Shown here: one piece after another, positions 6,979-11,844 of the stretch | Numbering within the stretch: position 1 is the first letter of the stretch | How the letters are laid out: the number at the start of each line of letters is the position of its first letter | From: Azolla caroliniana | Taxonomy: Eukaryota; Plantae; Polypodiophyta | Reading direction: 5' to 3' | Assembly (NCBI GenBank): GCA_043228905.1 | Contig: JBHGNT010001125.1 | Location: 1-11,844, forward strand | DNA: 11,844 bases | Position numbers and translations under genes: made by a program | The notes under the pieces: model-generated | Seen by the model: the letters and a program-made list of their open reading frames with translations, nothing else | The model's database searches: none | What the model was told of the DNA's origin: nothing

Positions 6979-9900
6979 ATGGCCTTGTCCACGAATGTTG
7001 CAGCTGCTCCATTGTGCATTCGCCCACCTCCATTGTCTGATGGAAAGCTAGATGGAACCAACTACACTCTATGGAAGTTCAAAATGTCTGCCATTTTGGA
7101 TTCCTACGAGTTGTTGGAAACAATCATGGGACCCACAGGGGGAGACCCTGAGCCCATGGCAACCTTTGACCCTGCACACCCTACCACATCAATTCCTCCA
7201 AATGCTGATCTACTTCGAGCCTGGAAGAGAAGGAATGCTGATGCGCTATGTACCATAGTCACCGGTGTATGTGACTCCGTACTAACACTAGTGCAACATA
7301 CAACTAGGGCACATGAAGCTTTGGCCAGCCAGTATGAGACCAGAAACTCTACAAGGATACAAAACCTCGAAAATCAGCTTGCTGCAGAGAAGCTCGCTGA
7401 TGGAGAGAAAGTAGAATCCTTTGTAAAAAGGATTAAGGATCTTCAAGATCAGCTGGCGGCTGTTGGAGTAGTCGTCTCTCAAGAGGATATGGCTCGTCGG
7501 TGCATTCGAGTACTTCCTTTCAAGTATGATGGCACTGTGACAGCATTGAACACTCAGGTTCGACCCACTCCTTTAAAATTTGATGAACTAAGTGCAATGC
7601 TGCTTGAAGAGGAGCTTCGGCTGAAGACAAGAGAAGAAAGGGAAGATTCAGCATTTGTCTCTAGGACTAAGGGTGAAGGGGCATCCAATTCAAACAATGC
7701 GAATAGGATACCGAAGAAGAAGAAGTTCAATGGATCGTGTTTCTACTGTGACAAGAAGGGTCACACAATCAAGGATTGTCGAAAGAAGATGGCGGATGAG
7801 AAGAATGGTTCTAATAAGACTTCTTGGAGAGAGCCCGAGTCCGCTAACAATGTCGTAGATGAACTTGAGTTATGGGTCGCAACTGAAGAAGTGTGTTCTT
7901 CAGTTGACACTCAAGTTGTTGATGAGTCTTGGATTCTCGATAGTGGAGCATCCCGACATATGACCAGTAATCGTGACTGGTACAGTTCTTGGACACCTCT
8001 ACAAGAGCCCATCAATGTTGTGGTCGGGAACAATGCTCGATGTCCGGCCAAAGGAACCGGAACCGTCTCCCTCAAAGCAACGACCGGTGGGACAAAGCAT
8101 CTCTCTCAAGTGTTGTACGTGCCAGATCTGAAGAAGAATCTACTGTCCATTTCTGCACTGACTGACAAGGGTCTTGATGTTCGATTCAAGAAGTCGGGTG
8201 CAGAAATAACAGATTCTGCTGGCAAGGTTGTAGGAATAGGGGTGAGGCGCAACAATCTCTATGAGCTGAGCGCGTTTACCATTTCTACTGACCACAGCAC
8301 AAGTACCAACACAAAGCAATGGCATGAGAGATTTGGGCATCTCAACGTTGCTGTGTTGAAGGAGATGAAGAAGTCGAATATGGTAGTTGGGTTGCCAACC
8401 CTATCTGACTTAAGTCATGTTTGTGATGCTTGTATGATGGGCAAGCATCAAAGATCAGCCATTCCAAAAGAGAGTCAAAATCGGGCAAAGACTCCTCTAC
8501 AGCTAATACACATTGACCTCTCTGGAAAAATGGTGACTCCTGCAATGGGTGGATCTCTCTACTATATGCTAATAGTCGACGACTTCATCAGAAAGATGTG
8601 GGTTTACTTCCTTCGGGAGAAGGCTAAAGCTTTTAAAATCTTCAAAAGATGGCATAAGTTTGTCGAGCGAGAGTCTGGAAAGTTAGTGAAGGAGCTACGC
8701 TCTGATTGAGGTGGAGAATTCTTATCAATAGAATTCTGTGAGTATTGCAAAGAGCATGGAATTAAGCGCCAACTTACAACTGCCTACACCCCACAACAAA
8801 ATGGCGTTGTCGAACGTCGAAATCGAACAGTTGTCGAGATGGCTAGGTGTATGTTGAAGGCACAAGCGCTGCCCGACCCATTCTGGGCTGAAGCAGTGAA
8901 CACAGCAGTTTACATCCTCAATCGGAGCTACACGAAGGCACTTCAAGGGAAAACACCCCAAGAAGCTTATTCAGGCAAGAAACCTTCAGTGCTGCACTTC
9001 AGAACCTTTGGGTGTATGTGCTACGCACATATTCCAGATGTGAGCAGAAAGAAGTTGGATGCTAAAAGCAAAAAGTGTATCCTTCTCGGATATAGTGAAG
9101 AGTCAAAGGCCTATCGACTCTACGATCCAGAGGCAAGAAAGATATTGACAAGCCGCGATGTGGTGTTCGATGAGGAACAACCACAGCTAGCTGAGAACAA
9201 CGATTCTCAAGTTATCTCATCAACTGAAGAAGTATTTTACCCAATCCCGACCCATTATCCACAAAAGGAAGCTGAACCATCTGATGGTAATGGTTCACTA
9301 GTTCAGCCTATGCCAGTCCCACATGTAAAGAAAATACCTAAGTGGGCTCAACAACTCTTCAATGATCATACTCCTAAAGTTGAGTTTCCTGAAACTTCAA
9401 CTGATGGATTACGAAGATCAAGAAGAATACAGGAGCAAGGAAGAACCTCTGACCACATTGTCAACATGGCTCTGATGGTGGACATCATAGGCTCAGTGAG
9501 TGAGCCGACCTCGGTGGAGGAAGCTATGGCCGACCCGAAGTGGAAAGAGGCGATGATATCAGAATATGATAGCATCATGAAAAATGACACATGGGAGTTG
9601 GTAGAGAGGCCAACAAAGAAGAAGGTGATAGGCACGAAGTGGGTATGGAAAGTAAAGTATAAAGCTGATGGCTCTTTGGAGAAATTCAAGGCCAGGCTAG
9701 TAGCGCAAGGATACTCCCAAATTGAAGGGTTCGATGTACAAGAAACATTTGCCCCGACAGCTCGCATGACAACAATTCGAATGGTCATAGCGTTGGCTGC
9801 TTCAAGAGGATGGCCGATTTATCAAATGGATGTCAAATCAGCATTTCTGAATGGGCCTCTCAAGGAGGAGGTATATGTGACACAACCACCGGGGTTTGAG

Positions 9901-11064
9901 ATACCGAATTCAGAAAACAAAGTTTGCAAGCTGAAGAAGGCACTATATGGTCTAAAGCAAGCACCAAGAGCTTGGAACAAGAGGATAGACAGCTTCTTAC
10001 GATCAATCGACTTTAAGCAATGTGCTTCGGATGCAAGTATGTATGTCAAAATGAAGGACGGGAAACAAGTCATCATTATCATTTACGTGGATGATCTAGT
10101 ACTTACTGGTGACCATGAAGAGTGCATTGGCCAAACACAAGAGTGTTTGAAAACTGAGTTTGAAATGACAGACTTGGGGATTCTACACTACTTCCTTGGA
10201 ATTGAGGTTTGGCAAACCTCGGTCGGCATCTTCATGTCACAAAGAAAGTATGCAACAGAGATCTTGAAGACCTTCGGGATGATGGACAGCAAGTCGAAGT
10301 CGACTCCAATGGAGTCAAACTACAAGCTATCCCAAGAAGACTCATCACCAATGGTTGACATAAGGAAGTATAGACAACTAGTAGGAAGTCTAATTTTCCT
10401 ATGCAACACTAGGCCGGATATTTGTTTTGCAGTCAATGTGGTGAGTCGATTCAGCAACAAGCCGAAGGAGACTCATTGGAAAGTTGCCCTACGTGTATTA
10501 AAGTACATTGTGGGTACTTTAAATTATGGAATCTTCTACAAGCCAACAATTGACCAACTTAGTGGATATTGCGACTCCGATTGGGCTGGAGATAGTGATT
10601 CCAGAAAATCAGTTTCTGGATATTGTTTTTCAATAGGATCTGGAGCTGTTTCATGGAGTAGTAAAAAACAACCAACAGTGGCACTATCTTCAACGGAGGC
10701 AGAATACAAAGCAGCATGCATAGCGGCATGCGAGGTAGTTTGGCTAAGAAGAATCCTTATGGATGTGGCAGTCCCAATAAGGACGGCAACGGTATTGAGG
10801 TGTGACAATCAGAGTTGCATGGCCATTGCCAAGAACCCCGTATTTCATGCACGTACTAAACACATAGAGATTCAGTATCACTATATGCGGGAGCTAATAA
10901 ATGATGAGATTGTGGAGCTTGAGTACTGTCCAACATCAGAAAATGCTGCAGATATCTTCACAAAGGCGCTTGGAGCAGAACAGTTGCAACAACACCTTCG
11001 ACGACTAGGTGTTGGCCCAACTCCAAGTGAACTCAATGGGTTGATCATTGAGGGGGCGTGTTAG
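6979..11064 (+). pseudogene. gag-pol: Copia Gag-Pol polyprotein (~1361 codons) with one in-frame TGA at 8707-8709
   Basis: KLDGTNY..W (gag); CFYCDKKGHTIKDC (7738-7779); WILDSGASRHM (PR); WHERFGH...CDAC; RSD*GGEF...[10 protein letters not shown] (IN); IYVDD (YVDD at 10084-10095, RT); YCDSDWAG...STEAEY...CDNQS...ADIFTKAL (RH). ORFs 6979-8709 and 8839-11064 share a frame and the 43 codons between them are open. Confidence 0.96.
11050..11058 (+). promoter_or_regulatory. Polypurine tract
   Basis: GAGGGGGCG directly before the 3' LTR; the ORF reads through it and stops inside the LTR. Confidence 0.88.
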
Positions 11065-11692
11065 ATATAATCAATGATCAGCCCCAAGTTGTAAATCTAT
11101 CCCCATATGTGCTCTTAGAGTGCACATTTTGTGATAGCGCCCCAAATGAGGAGCGGCTAGTGTGCAACTCGACCATATGGGTCGATAAGGTGTTAATCTA
11201 GGAAACCGTAGATGCGTAGGACACAATATATTTAGGAAAGAGAGAAATAGATAAAAGGATTGGCTAATCAAGTCAGCTAGAATATTTTGTGGGCAAGTTA
11301 CGATGTACTTAGTCTTGAAGTATGCGTCATTGACTTCAAGATAAGTATTATCTAGCACTAGCCTGTACCTAGGGAGTTGGGTCATATTAAATGACAAGTC
11401 AGTTGACAGAAAAGGAATATCTCCACTACTGTCAACTGACTTGCACATTTATACTAAGACCAAACATAGATTATAAGTCACTTTTCTCACACAATGGTCA
11501 GATTGATCATTAGTCCCCACTAATTTTGTAGTGAGCCGGTCCATATCCTATCTAAGCTCTAAGGTGTGAGCGCATGGGAAAACTACCATTTTTGAACTAC
11601 TCTCATATGTAATAGAAATTCTGTTTTCATATATCCATCTCTGCAGTTGTAACTCTATATACCTATCTACTCGATTCTCAATATTTCTAATA
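11059..11692 (+). repeat. 3' LTR of Copia element (634 bp)
   Basis: 631/634 identical to the 5' LTR. Confidence 0.97.
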
Positions 11693-11697
11693 GGTAC
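11693..11697. repeat. Target-site duplication GGTAC (right)
   Basis: Matches 6235-6239. Confidence 0.95.
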
Positions 11698-11844
11698 GTT
11701 ACCTAACCTCAAGTCTCGTAATTACGATGGCATACGCCAAAGTGCAACCTAATGGTCATGTCAAATGAGCCCTCGTTTCGTAGTAGGCCCACGTGGCCCA
11801 TCACATGGTCACGTCATTACGAATGCCTCTCGTAAGAACGAGCT

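Larger units (their letters stand above)
6240..11692 (+). mobile_element. Element D: full-length Ty1/Copia LTR retrotransposon (5453 bp)
   Basis: Paired LTRs, 5-bp TSD, PBS, PPT and domain order gag-PR-IN-RT-RH. Confidence 0.98.

Noticed and set aside
7800-8300. Gag-producing intron as in Drosophila copia or Arabidopsis EVADE
   Set aside because: No strong splice donor/acceptor pair identifiable by eye; needs RNA-seq.
8707-8709. Programmed stop-codon readthrough
   Set aside because: The stop lies within the integrase core motif rather than at a gag/pol boundary, and a CpG transition explains it.
1-11844. Naming the host species or specific families (e.g. moss RLG/RLC families)
   Set aside because: Plausible from overall resemblance but cannot be verified without a database search.

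Overview
This is eukaryotic, repeat-derived DNA, most likely a land plant and possibly a bryophyte (host is inferred, not shown). It is a nest of LTR retrotransposons with no recognisable host gene. Left to right: (A) a truncated + strand Gag-like ORF (8-~480); (B') a scrambled, partly duplicated Ty3/Gypsy integrase plus chromodomain start on the - strand (483-1592); (C) the 5' end of a - strand chromovirus-like element, with a 396-bp LTR (2705->2310) and gag (2221->~1590), inserted into the RNase H of element B; (B) a decayed - strand Gypsy gag-PR-RT-RH (5596->2706) carrying a 163-bp tandem duplication; (D) a young, structurally complete Ty1/Copia element (6240-11692). D has 634-bp LTRs differing at 3 sites, a GGTAC TSD, a tRNA-iMet PBS, a PPT and one nonsense codon. 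The best signals: element C has no tRNA PBS but a 12-nt sequence complementary to its own predicted transcript 5' end (Tf1-type self-priming), plus a phased heat-shock-element array upstream of its TATA box. The Copia element has non-canonical TG...TA termini and a run of hairpins in its LTR. I see no evidence of a wholly new system; these are unusual variants or combinations of known retroelement biology.
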